Source: Roseococcus sp. (GTDB lineage Bacteria; Pseudomonadota; Alphaproteobacteria; Acetobacterales; Acetobacteraceae). Taken from it: DNA of 64,000 nt. Shown here piece by piece: positions 19,216 through 29,023 of this stretch (its first letter is position 1; every line of letters starts with the position of its first letter). The stretch is from assembly GCA_051861325.1 (NCBI GenBank), contig JBHYCX010000011.1:6165-70164 (forward strand), given 5' to 3'. The notes beneath the pieces were generated by a model, which saw only the letters and a program-made list of their open reading frames with translations, did no database searches and had not been told where the DNA came from. The translations under genes and the position numbers were made by a program.

Positions 19216-19932
19216 ATGAGCATCCGCCAATACCTGCTCGGCTCCGCCGTCGCCCTGCCGGCCGCCCTGTTCAGCCTCGCGGCTTCGGCTGTGCCGGTCA
19301 CCTACACTTCGAACGGAACGCTTGGCCCCATCACCGGCTGCGCCAATCCCGCCACCTGCGTCCAGAACGGCCCCAACCAGGTCTATTGGGGCGGCGACAA
19401 CTTCCTGATCTTCCCGGTCGCGCCTTCGCCCAGCATTTCCTCCATCCTCACGGCGAACGACATCAACGCGCCCGGCGCCACCGATCCGGACGGCCTGAAC
19501 ATCGCCCTCGGCTCGCTCGACTGGCTGAACCGCTCCACGCCCAGCAACCGGACGGATGCGAACTTCAACGTCGCCTACAGCCTGATCAACCAGTTCCTCG
19601 CGCCCGCCGGCAATGGCAGCCTCAACCTCAGCCTGAACATCACCAACACCTCGAATCCGTCGGGCGATCTCATCGTGAACCTGCAGCCGGCCAGCTACAC
19701 GGCCGCCATCCCGGGCTTCAGCCTGACCAACCTGCGCTTCGAGGAGACGGGCCCGGGCAGCTACAACGCCGTCACCGGCATCTGGTCGAACCCCGAGGGC
19801 GCGACCTCCACGCTGACCCTGCGCGGTGACCTCGTCGCCGTGCCGGCGCCGGCCTCGCTCGCGCTGTTCGGCGCCGGGCTGCTGGGCCTCGGCTTGGTGC
19901 GCCGGGCCCGCCCGGGCCAGACGGCCGCCTGA
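19216..19932 (+). CDS. PEP-CTERM-type sorting-signal protein, possibly choice-of-anchor K-like
   Basis: Signal peptide, Asn/Thr/Ser/Gly-rich body with Cys pair and WG, C-terminal VPAPASLALFGAGLLGLGLVRR. Confidence 0.88.
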   Translation: MSIRQYLLGSAVALPAALFSLAASAVPVTYTSNGTLGPITGCANPATCVQNGPNQVYWGGDNFLIFPVAPSPSISSILTANDINAPGATDPDGLNIALGSLDWLNRSTPSNRTDANFNVAYSLINQFLAPAGNGSLNLSLNITNTSNPSGDLIVNLQPASYTAAIPGFSLTNLRFEETGPGSYNAVTGIWSNPEGATSTLTLRGDLVAVPAPASLALFGAGLLGLGLVRRARPGQTAA

Positions 19933-19944
19933 GCCGCAACGGGG

Positions 19945-19972
19945 CGAGGGGGGCGGGCTTAACCCCCCCTCG
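19945..19972. terminator. G/C-run hairpin between convergent genes
   Basis: CGAGGGGGG / CCCCCCTCG 9-bp stem. Confidence 0.45.
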
Positions 19973-19978
19973 TCTCTC

Positions 19979-21793
19979 TCACCCCGCCAGGGCCTGGGCC
20001 ACGCGGCGGGCGAAATCGGCGGGGTCGCGGGGGCTGTCGCCATCCTGCAGCCGCGCCAGGTCGAAGATCAGCCCGGCCTGCTCGGCCAGCGCCGCGTCGT
20101 CGAAGGCGCCCTCCGCCAGCTTGCGGATCAGAGCATGGCGGGGGTTCACCTCCAGCACGGGCAGGCCGCCCGCGAAGCCGCGGCCCGCGCGGCGCAGCAG
20201 CCGCTGCATGGCGAGGTCCGGGCCGTATTCGCCCGCCGCCAGCACGGCCGCACTCTCCACCAGCCGGTCGGTCGCGCGCACGTCGGAGACATGCTCGGCC
20301 AGCGCCGTCTTCAGCCGCTCCAGCAGGGCCGAGACATCGGGCGCGGCTTCGCCCTCGGCGGGTTCCAGCTTCGCCGCCCCCTGGGTGATGCTGCGGATCG
20401 GCTTCTCCTCGAAGCTGGCGAGTCGCTCCGGCCAGAAGGCGTCAATCTGGTCGGAGAGCAGCAGCACCTCGATTCCGCGCGCGCGATAGCCCTCCAGTTG
20501 CGGCGACTTCGCCAGCGCCGCCGGATCATCGCCCACCAGGATTTGGATCGCCTCCTGCCCTTCCTTCATGCGGGAGACGTAGTCGGCGAGCGAGGTCCAG
20601 CCTTCGACCGCGGTCGAGCGGAAGCGCAGCAGGGCCGCCACATCCTTCTGGTGCTCGCCCACCTCCCAGACGCCTTCCTTCAGGACGGGCCCGAAATTCT
20701 CCCAGAACTTCCCGTAATTCTCGGCGTCCTTCGCCTTGCTCTTCAGCTCGGAGAGCACGCGGTTCGTCACGGCCCGGCGGATGCGTGCCAGCACCGGCGT
20801 GGCCTGCAGCATCTCGCGCGAGACGTTGAGCGGCAGGTCTTCCGTGTCCACCACCCCATGCACGAAGCGCAGGAAGGGCGGCAGCAGCTCCGCCTCGTCG
20901 GTGATGAACATACGGCGGACATGCAGGCGCACGGTGCTCTTCCGCTCCTCCTCCACCGCCTGGAAGGGCTTCATGCCGGGGATGAAGAGCAGCGCCGAGA
21001 AATCCAGCGCGCCCTCCGCCCGCCAGTGCAGCGTGGCCCAGGGGCTGTCGAACATGTGGCCGAGATGGCGGTAGAACTCGGTGTAGCTCTCCTCGCTCAC
21101 CTCGGATTTCGGCTTCTGCCAGAGCGCCGTGCCCTCATTGGCCGCCTCCTCCTTGCCCTCGTTCACGACGAGGATGGGGATGGCGATGTGGTCCGCCCAT
21201 TTGCGGATGATGGTCTTGAGGCGTGCGGGCTCCAGGAACTCCTCCGCATCGGCCTTCATGTGCAGCACGATGTCGGTGCCCGCATCGGCGCGCTCGGCCG
21301 GCGCCAGCGTGTAGTCGCCCTTGCCTTCAGAGGCCCAGAGCCAGGCCTCCTCGGTGCCGGCGCGGCGCGAGGTGACCTCGACCCGCTCGGCCACCATGAA
21401 GGCGGAGTAGAAGCCCACGCCGAACTGGCCGATCAGGCTCGGTTTCTCCGCCGCCGGCGCATCGGCCAGGCTTTGCGCGAAGGCCCGCGTGCCCGACCGC
21501 GCGATGGTGCCCAGGTGCTGCGCCAGATCGCCCTTGCCCATGCCGATGCCGGCATCGCTGATGGTCAGCGTGCGCGCCGCCTTGTCCGGGGTGATGCGCA
21601 GCCTGGCCTCGGCCGGCAGGGCCAGGGCCTCATTGGTCAGCGCCTCGAAGCGGCGGCGATCCACGGCATCCGCCGCATTTGCCACCAGCTCTCGGAGAAA
21701 AATCTCGCGCTCGGAGTAGAGCGCATGCACCACGAGGTCGAGCAGCCGCCCCACCTCCGCGCCGAATTCGTGCCGTTCCACCGTCTCGCTCAT
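19979..21793 (-). CDS. htpG: Hsp90 chaperone HtpG
   Basis: [43 protein letters not shown]. Confidence 0.97.
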   Translation of the reverse strand: MSETVERHEFGAEVGRLLDLVVHALYSEREIFLRELVANAADAVDRRRFEALTNEALALPAEARLRITPDKAARTLTISDAGIGMGKGDLAQHLGTIARSGTRAFAQSLADAPAAEKPSLIGQFGVGFYSAFMVAERVEVTSRRAGTEEAWLWASEGKGDYTLAPAERADAGTDIVLHMKADAEEFLEPARLKTIIRKWADHIAIPILVVNEGKEEAANEGTALWQKPKSEVSEESYTEFYRHLGHMFDSPWATLHWRAEGALDFSALLFIPGMKPFQAVEEERKSTVRLHVRRMFITDEAELLPPFLRFVHGVVDTEDLPLNVSREMLQATPVLARIRRAVTNRVLSELKSKAKDAENYGKFWENFGPVLKEGVWEVGEHQKDVAALLRFRSTAVEGWTSLADYVSRMKEGQEAIQILVGDDPAALAKSPQLEGYRARGIEVLLLSDQIDAFWPERLASFEEKPIRSITQGAAKLEPAEGEAAPDVSALLERLKTALAEHVSDVRATDRLVESAAVLAAGEYGPDLAMQRLLRRAGRGFAGGLPVLEVNPRHALIRKLAEGAFDDAALAEQAGLIFDLARLQDGDSPRDPADFARRVAQALAG

Positions 21794-21827
21794 GCGTGCC
21801 TCCAGTCAGAAAATCGGGCCGGGCGCG

Positions 21828-21856
21828 ATATGCGTGGGTCTCGCGCGGCTTTCAAC
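21828..21856 (-). promoter_or_regulatory. RpoH-type heat-shock promoter candidate for htpG
   Basis: Minus strand gTTGAA-N16-CGCATAT, close to CTTGAA...CCYATAT. Confidence 0.5.
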
Positions 21857-21920
21857 CACCCGCGCTTGCATGGGCGCGGGGCCGGGGCAAAGCTGCGCGC
21901 AACCAGAAGGGGAGGCCAGC

Positions 21921-22904
21921 ATGTTCGGACGGCGCAGCGGCTTGGGCATCATGGGCGGGCTGCTGGCCGCGCCCGCGCTGGGGCAGACGACCCTGGCGCA
22001 GACGTGGCCCAGCCGCCCCATCCGCCTCATCATCCCCGACGCGCCCGGCACCGGCAATGACACCACCGCCCGCCTCATCGCGCCCCTGCTGGAAGCCGCC
22101 CTCGGCCAGCCCTGGATCGTCGAGAACCGGCCGGGCGCGGGCGGGCGAATCGGCGTGGAAGCGGTCTTCCGCGCGGCACCCGACGGCATGACCTTCCTGC
22201 TGGGCAATGCGGGCTCGAACGGCATCAACGCCGCCATCTACCGCGACCTGCCCTATGACCTGCTGACCGCCTTCGATCCCATCTCGCTCCTCGTCGCCGG
22301 GCCCAACACGCTCTTCGTCAATCCGCGGGTGCTGCCGGTGTCGAGTGTCGCGGAGCTCATCGCGCTGGTCCGCGCCCGGCCGGAGCAGCTCAGCTACGCC
22401 TCGGCCGGCATCGGCTCCTCCGCGCATATGGGGATGGAACTGTTCCTCAGCCGCACCGGGCTCGACATCCAGCACGTGCCCTATCGCGGCGCGGCCGGCC
22501 TCGCCCAGGCGGTCATCACGGGCGAGGCGCCGCTGGCCTTCGCCAACCTGGTCAACATCATGCCCCAGGCGCGCGGCGGTGAGGTCCGGCTGCTCGCCGT
22601 CACCTCCCGCACGCGCGATCCTGCCCTGCCCGAGATCCCGACCATGGAGGAAGCGGGCCTGCCCGGCTTCGAGACGCTGGCCTGGAACGCCCTGTTGGCC
22701 CCGCGCGGCACGCCCGGCGGAATCCGCGAGAGGCTGGGGCGGGAATTGGCAAAGCTGCGCGACGACGCGGTGCTGACCGAGCGCATCCGGCTTCTGGGCG
22801 GCACCCTCGTCATTTCCACCCCGGCCGAGCTGCGCGCACGGATCACGGCCGATATCACCCAGTGGCGGCGCCTGGCCGAGGCCGCCAACATCCGGGCCCA
22901 ATAG
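21921..22904 (+). CDS. Bug/TctC tripartite tricarboxylate transporter receptor
   Basis: WPSRPIRLII, ENRPGAGG, YASAGIGS, HVPYRG. Confidence 0.92.
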   Translation: MFGRRSGLGIMGGLLAAPALGQTTLAQTWPSRPIRLIIPDAPGTGNDTTARLIAPLLEAALGQPWIVENRPGAGGRIGVEAVFRAAPDGMTFLLGNAGSNGINAAIYRDLPYDLLTAFDPISLLVAGPNTLFVNPRVLPVSSVAELIALVRARPEQLSYASAGIGSSAHMGMELFLSRTGLDIQHVPYRGAAGLAQAVITGEAPLAFANLVNIMPQARGGEVRLLAVTSRTRDPALPEIPTMEEAGLPGFETLAWNALLAPRGTPGGIRERLGRELAKLRDDAVLTERIRLLGGTLVISTPAELRARITADITQWRRLAEAANIRAQ

Positions 22905-24056
22905 ATGCGCATCACCGCTGTCGAATGCCTCGGCGTCAACGTGACGCCCAAGACCAACTGGTCCTTCCTGCTGGTCCGCACCGAATCCGGCCTGACCGGC
23001 ACGGGCGAATGCACCCTGCCGGACCATGAGGCGCTGCTGGCGGCCGAGGTGGCGCGCGTCGCACCGCGGCTGATCGGCGAGGACGCGGCTGCCCGCAACC
23101 GCCTGGCCCGCCTGCTGCCGCATGCGCCGGGCGGCCTCGTCACCCATGCCGTCATCTCCGCGCTGGAGCAGGCGCTGTGGGACCTCGCCGGCCAGGCGGC
23201 GGGGCAGCCCATCCATGCCCTGCTGGGCGGCGCGCTGCGCGAGGCGGTGCCGCTCTACGCCAACATCAACCGCGGCGCCGATCCCCGCACGCCCGCGGGC
23301 TTCGCCGCCGCCGCCCACCGCGCCATCGCCGCCGGCTTCCGCGCCGTGAAGCTCGCCCCCTTCGAGCCCATGGTCTGGGAAGATGCCGCCAACGCCCACC
23401 AGCGCGCCGCCTATGCCGAGGGCCTCGCCCGCATCGCCGCCGTGCGCGAGGCGGTCGGCCCCGCCGTGGATGTGATGGTGGACGCGCATTGGCGCTTCTC
23501 CCCCGGCGGCGCGGCGGGCCTGATCCGCGATGTCGCCCCCTTCAACCTGTTCTGGCTGGAATGCCCGGTCTCAGAGGCCAACCACGCCGAGATCCGCCGC
23601 CTGCGCGGTCTCGCCAACGAACGCGGCATGCGCCTCGCCGGCGCCGAGACGCTGGCCGGCCTCGCCCCCTATCGCAGCCTCATTGAGGCCGGCTGCTACG
23701 ACGTGCTGATGCCCGACATCAAATACGCCGGCGGCCATGGCGAGATCACGCGCATCGCCGCCCTCGCCCAGACCGCCGGCATCGAGATCGCGCCGCACAA
23801 CCCGACCGGCCCCATCTGCCACGGCCATTCCGTGCAGCTCTGCGCGACGCTGCCCAACCTGCTGCCGCTGGAAGTCCAGTTCGGCGAGACGGAGCGATTC
23901 TTCACCATGACCACGGGGGCCAACCAGCGCTTCCTGCAAGGCACAGCCCCCCTGCCCGCCACCCCCGGCCTCGGCCTCGCCCTCGACGAAGCCGGCGCAC
24001 GCGCCACACCCTGGCAGCCCATGGCACGCCCCTGGCTCGACCCCCGCCTCGGCTGA
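22905..24056 (+). CDS. Enolase superfamily (MR/MLE, DgoD-like) acid-sugar dehydratase
   Basis: Metal ligands VDAH, LECP, GAET; APHNP; PGLG. Confidence 0.87.
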   Translation: MRITAVECLGVNVTPKTNWSFLLVRTESGLTGTGECTLPDHEALLAAEVARVAPRLIGEDAAARNRLARLLPHAPGGLVTHAVISALEQALWDLAGQAAGQPIHALLGGALREAVPLYANINRGADPRTPAGFAAAAHRAIAAGFRAVKLAPFEPMVWEDAANAHQRAAYAEGLARIAAVREAVGPAVDVMVDAHWRFSPGGAAGLIRDVAPFNLFWLECPVSEANHAEIRRLRGLANERGMRLAGAETLAGLAPYRSLIEAGCYDVLMPDIKYAGGHGEITRIAALAQTAGIEIAPHNPTGPICHGHSVQLCATLPNLLPLEVQFGETERFFTMTTGANQRFLQGTAPLPATPGLGLALDEAGARATPWQPMARPWLDPRLG

Positions 24057-24122
24057 GATCCCGCAGCCATTGCCGCCAGGCCGCGTTCGGCGGCAGCATG
24101 CCGAATCAGAAGGAGAATCCCC

Positions 24123-24365
24123 ATGCGCCAGCTCGACCCCGATATCCGCCTCGCCGCGCTGGAAGCCGTGGTCTCCCGCCTGCTCGTCGCCGAAGCCCGG
24201 CAATCGCCCGACCCCGCCGGCATGCTCGATCAATTCGCCAGCCGCATGCGCCGCGAGGCGGAAAGCCACCCGATCGCGAGCGATGACCCGCGCGACCGCC
24301 TGGCGCTTGCGGGCGCGCTGCTGCAGCTGGTGGCGCTGGCGAAGGAGAAGCTGATTACCGAGTAG
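24123..24365 (+). CDS. Hypothetical protein (80 aa)
   Basis: GAAGGAG SD, host-like codon usage. Confidence 0.65.
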   Translation: MRQLDPDIRLAALEAVVSRLLVAEARQSPDPAGMLDQFASRMRREAESHPIASDDPRDRLALAGALLQLVALAKEKLITE

Positions 24366-24373
24366 AAGAAAAA

Positions 24374-24427
24374 GGGGCCTCCGGCGGCTGGGGCCTCGTT
24401 CTTCAACAAAGCTTGGCCCCAGACCCC
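24374..24427. repeat. REP-like hairpin between convergent genes
   Basis: CTGGGGCC/GGCCCCAG 8-bp stem followed by ACCCC, same layout as the arms of the 15812 element. Confidence 0.5.
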
Positions 24428-24428
24428 G

Positions 24429-25289
24429 TTACCTCGCGCGCGCCAACAGCCTGCGCGCGCGCTCTACCACCGGCAAATCAATCATCGCGCCCTCGAACGC
24501 GACCGCGCCCTGGCCCAAAGCCAAAGCCTCTTCGAACGCCGCGATCAGGCGCCGTGCCCGATCCACCTCCGCAGGCGCGGGGCCATACTCCTCGTTGATG
24601 ATCGGCACCTGCGCCGGATGAATGCAGGAGGCGCAGCCAAACCCCAACCGCCGCGACCGCCGCAGCGACAACCGATACGCCTCCAGATCCGAGAAATCCG
24701 CGAAAGCGCCGATCGAGCCCATCGGCAAAATCCCCGCGCCCCGCGCGGCCGCCACGCACATCATCCCGAACACATAAAGCGAATCCGCCCCCGGCACCGC
24801 CTCCAACTCGGTCGAGAGATCCTCGCTCCCCACCCCCAACGCCGCCATCCGCGGATCAGCGCCCGCAATGGCCGCCAAGGCCGGCAGGGCCTGCGGCGTC
24901 TCCACCACGCCGATGAAGCGCGTATGCCCGATGGCCATCCCCAGCGCCGCCTCGCGCACCGCCACCACCTCGGAGAGAAGCTTCACATGCTCCGCCCCCA
25001 TCACCTTGGGCAGCATGAGCACCGACACCTCCGGCATCACGGCGGCCGCGATGTCGGGGATGCTGAGTTCCAGCGCGCGATTGATCCGCACGCAGATATC
25101 GGCGCCGGCCTGGCCGGCGGTCTTCGCCGCGGCGGGAAGCGCCGCCCGCGCAGCCTCCTTCGCCGGCGGCGGGATGCTGTCCTCCAGGTCGAGGATGATG
25201 ACATCCGCCCCGCGGCTATGCGCGCGCGCCACGAATTTCTCGGCCGTGGCCGGCACGAAGAGCAGCGAGCGCCAGTTCGGTGCAGCCAT
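24429..25289 (-). CDS. CitE/HpcH family CoA-ester lyase (citramalyl-CoA lyase-like)
   Basis: RSLLFVPA, ILDLEDS, VRIN, LPKV, ETP, G.EDL, CIHPAQ. Confidence 0.9.
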   Translation of the reverse strand: MAAPNWRSLLFVPATAEKFVARAHSRGADVIILDLEDSIPPPAKEAARAALPAAAKTAGQAGADICVRINRALELSIPDIAAAVMPEVSVLMLPKVMGAEHVKLLSEVVAVREAALGMAIGHTRFIGVVETPQALPALAAIAGADPRMAALGVGSEDLSTELEAVPGADSLYVFGMMCVAAARGAGILPMGSIGAFADFSDLEAYRLSLRRSRRLGFGCASCIHPAQVPIINEEYGPAPAEVDRARRLIAAFEEALALGQGAVAFEGAMIDLPVVERARRLLARAR

Positions 25290-26491
25290 CAGTTCAATCC
25301 CTCGAAGGCGGCGCCGCTCGCCAGCATGGCCTCGATCGCGGCCTCGTCATGGCCCAGCTCGCGCAGCACCTCGCGCGTGTTCCGGCCGAGCTGCGGCGCG
25401 GGCAGGGTTTCCTCGCGCATGCCGCCGCTGAAGCTGTTGGGCACCTTGGTGCGGCGGATGCGCCCCTCGGTCGGGTGCTCGTCGAAATGCCAGAAGCCGA
25501 CATCCTGGAGATGCGGGTCCTCCAGCACATCATCAATCTCGTTGTACGGCCCGGCCGGCACATCGGCCTTCGCGAAAATCTCCAGCCACTCGGCGGTGGT
25601 CTTCGTCGCCAGCGCCTCCACCTGCACGCGGAAATAGTCGGGCGCGTTCTGCGTGCGGGTCAGCGCCGTCCGGAAGCGCGGATCCTCCTTCAGCTCGGGC
25701 TTCCCGATCGCGTCGAAGAAGGCGAAGGCCTGGCGGTTGTTGTTGGGCCGCACGGTCAGGTAGCCATCCCGCGTCGGCAACGGGCGGTAATCGGGCGAGA
25801 GCAGACGCGCATCGCCGGAGGGCCCCTCCGGCGGGTCGAAGGTGGCGGCCCCCAGATGCTCGCTCATCACGAAGCTCGCCATGTTCTCGAACATCGGCAC
25901 CTCGATCGCCTCGCCCACGCCCGTCTTCTCGCGGCGATACAGCGCGAAGCCCACGGATTGCGCGGCGATCAGCCCTGTCGTGTGGTCGGTCATCACCATC
26001 GGCACGAAGCGCGGCTCGCCCGTCGCGCGGTGGAAGGTGCCGGCCACCCCCGAGAGCGACTGGATGATCGGGTCATAGGCCGGCCGGTTGTAGTAGCGCC
26101 CGCCCCGCCCGAAGGCGACGATGCCGCAATGGATCAGCCGCGGGTTGGTGGCGCTGAGTGCGGCGAAATCCAGCCCCGCGCGCTCCAGCCCCTGCGGCCG
26201 CACATTGGTGACGAAGACATCGGCCTTGGCGATCAGCGCCTTCATCGCGGCCAGCCCCTCGGGCTGCTTGATGTCGAGGCCGATGCTGCGCTTGTTGCGG
26301 TTGAAGTTGATGAACTTCCCGCTCATCGCGGGCGTCCGGCTGCCGGCGGCCAGGAAGCGCAGGATGTCGCCGCCCGGCGCCTCCACCTTGATCACATCCG
26401 CACCCTGGTCGGCCAGCGTGCGCGTCGCGATGGGGCCGACGACCACCGTCGTCAGGTCCACCACCTTCACGCCATCCAGCGGCCCGCTCAT
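25289..26491 (-). CDS. Family III (CaiB/BaiF) CoA transferase
   Basis: LDGVKVVDL, GADVIKVE, NRNKRS, N.RP, AYD. Confidence 0.92.
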   Translation of the reverse strand: MSGPLDGVKVVDLTTVVVGPIATRTLADQGADVIKVEAPGGDILRFLAAGSRTPAMSGKFINFNRNKRSIGLDIKQPEGLAAMKALIAKADVFVTNVRPQGLERAGLDFAALSATNPRLIHCGIVAFGRGGRYYNRPAYDPIIQSLSGVAGTFHRATGEPRFVPMVMTDHTTGLIAAQSVGFALYRREKTGVGEAIEVPMFENMASFVMSEHLGAATFDPPEGPSGDARLLSPDYRPLPTRDGYLTVRPNNNRQAFAFFDAIGKPELKEDPRFRTALTRTQNAPDYFRVQVEALATKTTAEWLEIFAKADVPAGPYNEIDDVLEDPHLQDVGFWHFDEHPTEGRIRRTKVPNSFSGGMREETLPAPQLGRNTREVLRELGHDEAAIEAMLASGAAFEGLN

Positions 26492-27354
26492 GCGAATTCC
26501 AGCTCCAGCTCGGCGCAGAGTTTTCCGTCACCATCCGCGACCCAGGCGCGCATCCGCCCGCCTTCCAGCGCGCCGCCCGCCAGCGTGATCCGCGCGCCGA
26601 CATAGATCGGCCGCGTCAGCCGCGCCGTGTAGCCGGTGAGGCGATGGCCGGGTGTGGCCTCCACCGCCGCATCCAGCAGCAATTGCATGGTCAGCCCGCC
26701 ATTCTGCACCAGCGCCGGATAGCCCTCCGCCTCCCGCGCGTAATCCGCGTCGTAATGGATGCGATGCGCGTTCCACGTCACTGCGGAATAGCGAAACACC
26801 AGCGCGTTGGAGACCTGGGCCGTGCGGCTCCACGCGGCCCCCTCCGGTGCCGGCGTGCCTGGATTGACCGGCGATGGCGTGCCCGCCGGCACCGCCTCGC
26901 GGTAGATCGCGTCGAATTCATCCACCGCGATCACCTGGCCGCCAACGAGATAGGTATGGCGCATGGTCAGCACGCAGATCGTGCCAGTGCGCGCCTTCTT
27001 GGGCTCGATCGCCGCCACCTCCGCCCGCTTGGTCAACGCATCACCCACGCGAAGCTGCCCGGGCAGCGTCACGCGCCGGCCCGCCCCCATGCGGCGCGGC
27101 AGCGGGATGGGCGGCAGGGTCACGCCTGGCTCCGGATGGCCATCCACCCCGATATCCCCCTGGCGCGCGCTCTCCTGCGCGAAGAGCGAGACCCAGTGCG
27201 GCGGCAGGATCGTGCCGCGCGGATAGGCGTCGGGGTCCAGGTCCAGCATGGCGGCGATGCGGCGCAGCATGCTGGGCGAGACGTCATCCTCGATGGTCCG
27301 CACGCGGCCGAGCCAGTCCTGGCGCACCTTCTCGATGGCGATCACGAAGTCCAT
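26488..27354 (-). CDS. Double hot-dog hydratase (Ich/Meh/HTD2, MaoC-like)
   Basis: RRM.AG, FRYSAVTWNAHRIHYD..YA..EGYP. Confidence 0.85.
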   Translation of the reverse strand: MDFVIAIEKVRQDWLGRVRTIEDDVSPSMLRRIAAMLDLDPDAYPRGTILPPHWVSLFAQESARQGDIGVDGHPEPGVTLPPIPLPRRMGAGRRVTLPGQLRVGDALTKRAEVAAIEPKKARTGTICVLTMRHTYLVGGQVIAVDEFDAIYREAVPAGTPSPVNPGTPAPEGAAWSRTAQVSNALVFRYSAVTWNAHRIHYDADYAREAEGYPALVQNGGLTMQLLLDAAVEATPGHRLTGYTARLTRPIYVGARITLAGGALEGGRMRAWVADGDGKLCAELELEFA

Positions 27355-27366
27355 GCGCGTCTGGTC

Positions 27367-28335
27367 CTATTCGGCGACGAGGTTGAGGCGGCGGATCAGC
27401 GGCGCCCATTGGTCATGCGCGGCCCGGATGGTCCGCTGGAAATCGGCGGGCGTGTTGGCGGGTGCGGGGTCGGCGCCGACGCGCGCATAGGCGGCCTGCA
27501 CCCGCGGATCGCGCAGCGCGTCATTCAGCGCCGCCGAGATGCGCGCGATGGCCTCGGGCGGCGTGCCCGCCCGCGCCGTCAGCCCAAAATAGGAGGAGCC
27601 GGTGAAGCCCGGCACCGTCTCGCCCATCGTCGGCACGCCCGGCCAATTCTCCCGCCGCGTGGCGCTGGTGACGGCGATGGCGCGGATGCTGTTCTGCCCG
27701 CGCACCGTCTCGCCCTCCGGCAGGCCGAGGCAGCGCGCATGCACGCGGCCGGAGAGAAGGTCCGTCATCGCCTGGGTGCTCTGGCGATAGGGCACATGCA
27801 CCATGTCGAGCCCGAGCCGCGCGCCCAGATCCTCCATGATGAGATGCGTGATGGCGCCGACACCGGCCGAGGCATAGGTGAAGCGGCCGGGATTGGCGCG
27901 GATCCAGGCGATCAGCGCGGGGAAATCCACCGCGGGGATGGAGTTGTGCACCAGCAGCACGTTGCTGGTGGAGCAGAAATGCCCGACCGGCGCGAAATCC
28001 CGCTCCCAGTCATAGCCGAGCGAACGGTACATCAGCGCATTCACACCGCTGTTCGTGCCCATGGTGGCGACCATGATGGTGTAGCCATCGGCCGGGCCGC
28101 GGGCCAGCGTCTCGGCGGCGAGGTTGCCCGCACCACCCGGCCGGTTGTCGGCCAGCACCACCTGGCCCAGCCGCTGGGTCAGCGCCTCGGCCGTGATGCG
28201 GGAGACGATGTCGGTCTGCCCGCCGCCGCCATAGGGCACGAGCAGCCGGATCGAACGTTCGGGGAAGGCGGCGCGGGCGATGCCGGGTGCAGCAAGCGTG
28301 CCGAGCAGCACGGCGCGGCGTGTGGTGGCGGGCAT
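27367..28335 (-). CDS. Bug/TctC receptor
   Basis: RR signal, FPERSIRLLVP, DNRPGGAG, YASAGVG, HVPYR. Confidence 0.92.
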   Translation of the reverse strand: MPATTRRAVLLGTLAAPGIARAAFPERSIRLLVPYGGGGQTDIVSRITAEALTQRLGQVVLADNRPGGAGNLAAETLARGPADGYTIMVATMGTNSGVNALMYRSLGYDWERDFAPVGHFCSTSNVLLVHNSIPAVDFPALIAWIRANPGRFTYASAGVGAITHLIMEDLGARLGLDMVHVPYRQSTQAMTDLLSGRVHARCLGLPEGETVRGQNSIRAIAVTSATRRENWPGVPTMGETVPGFTGSSYFGLTARAGTPPEAIARISAALNDALRDPRVQAAYARVGADPAPANTPADFQRTIRAAHDQWAPLIRRLNLVAE

Positions 28336-28468
28336 GGACGTCCTCAGATGTGTTTTGCCGCATTCTGTGCCTGGAACGGCGAGGGGGCCAAGGGGCACCC
28401 CCCCGGCTCCCTCTGGTCAAGTGGCGCGGTGCGCTTCACCCTCCCGGTAGAAAACACGGAGGAACCCC

Positions 28469-29014
28469 ATGGCCCGCCTGCCCTATCTGAACCCCGAGGA
28501 CCTGGCCGAGGCGGACCGCCCGCTGCTGAAGCGCATGATCACGCTGCATCGCTGCCTCGTGAACAGCCCGGGTGCCGCGCGCGCCTTCAGCGGCCTCGGC
28601 CAGTACATCCGCTACGACGCAAAGCTCGATCCGCGGCTGCGCGAACTTGCCATCCTCCAGGTCGGCTGGCTGGCGCGCTCGCCCTATGAGTGGTCGCACC
28701 ATGTGAAGATCGGCCACGACTTCGGCGTGACCGATGCCGATATCGAGGCGTTGATCGCCGAGAGCGCGGGCCAGCCCAACGCGCTGGAGCCGCTGGCCAG
28801 GCTCGTGCTGAAGGCCACGCGCGAGGTCTATGCGGGCGGCATGAACGAGGCGACCTTCCGCGACCTGCAAGGCCATCTCACGGATGAACAGATGGTGGAC
28901 CTGACCGTCACCGCCGCCTTCTACTGCGCGGTGGTCCGCACGCTGGCGAGCCTCGCGATTGATGTCGAGCCGGAATACCAGCCCTATCTCGACCGGTTTC
29001 CCTTCCCGGCGTGA
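28469..29014 (+). CDS. Carboxymuconolactone decarboxylase/AhpD-like protein
   Basis: LDPRLRELAIL, YEWSHH. Confidence 0.85.
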   Translation: MARLPYLNPEDLAEADRPLLKRMITLHRCLVNSPGAARAFSGLGQYIRYDAKLDPRLRELAILQVGWLARSPYEWSHHVKIGHDFGVTDADIEALIAESAGQPNALEPLARLVLKATREVYAGGMNEATFRDLQGHLTDEQMVDLTVTAAFYCAVVRTLASLAIDVEPEYQPYLDRFPFPA

Positions 29015-29023
29015 ATCTGCCGC

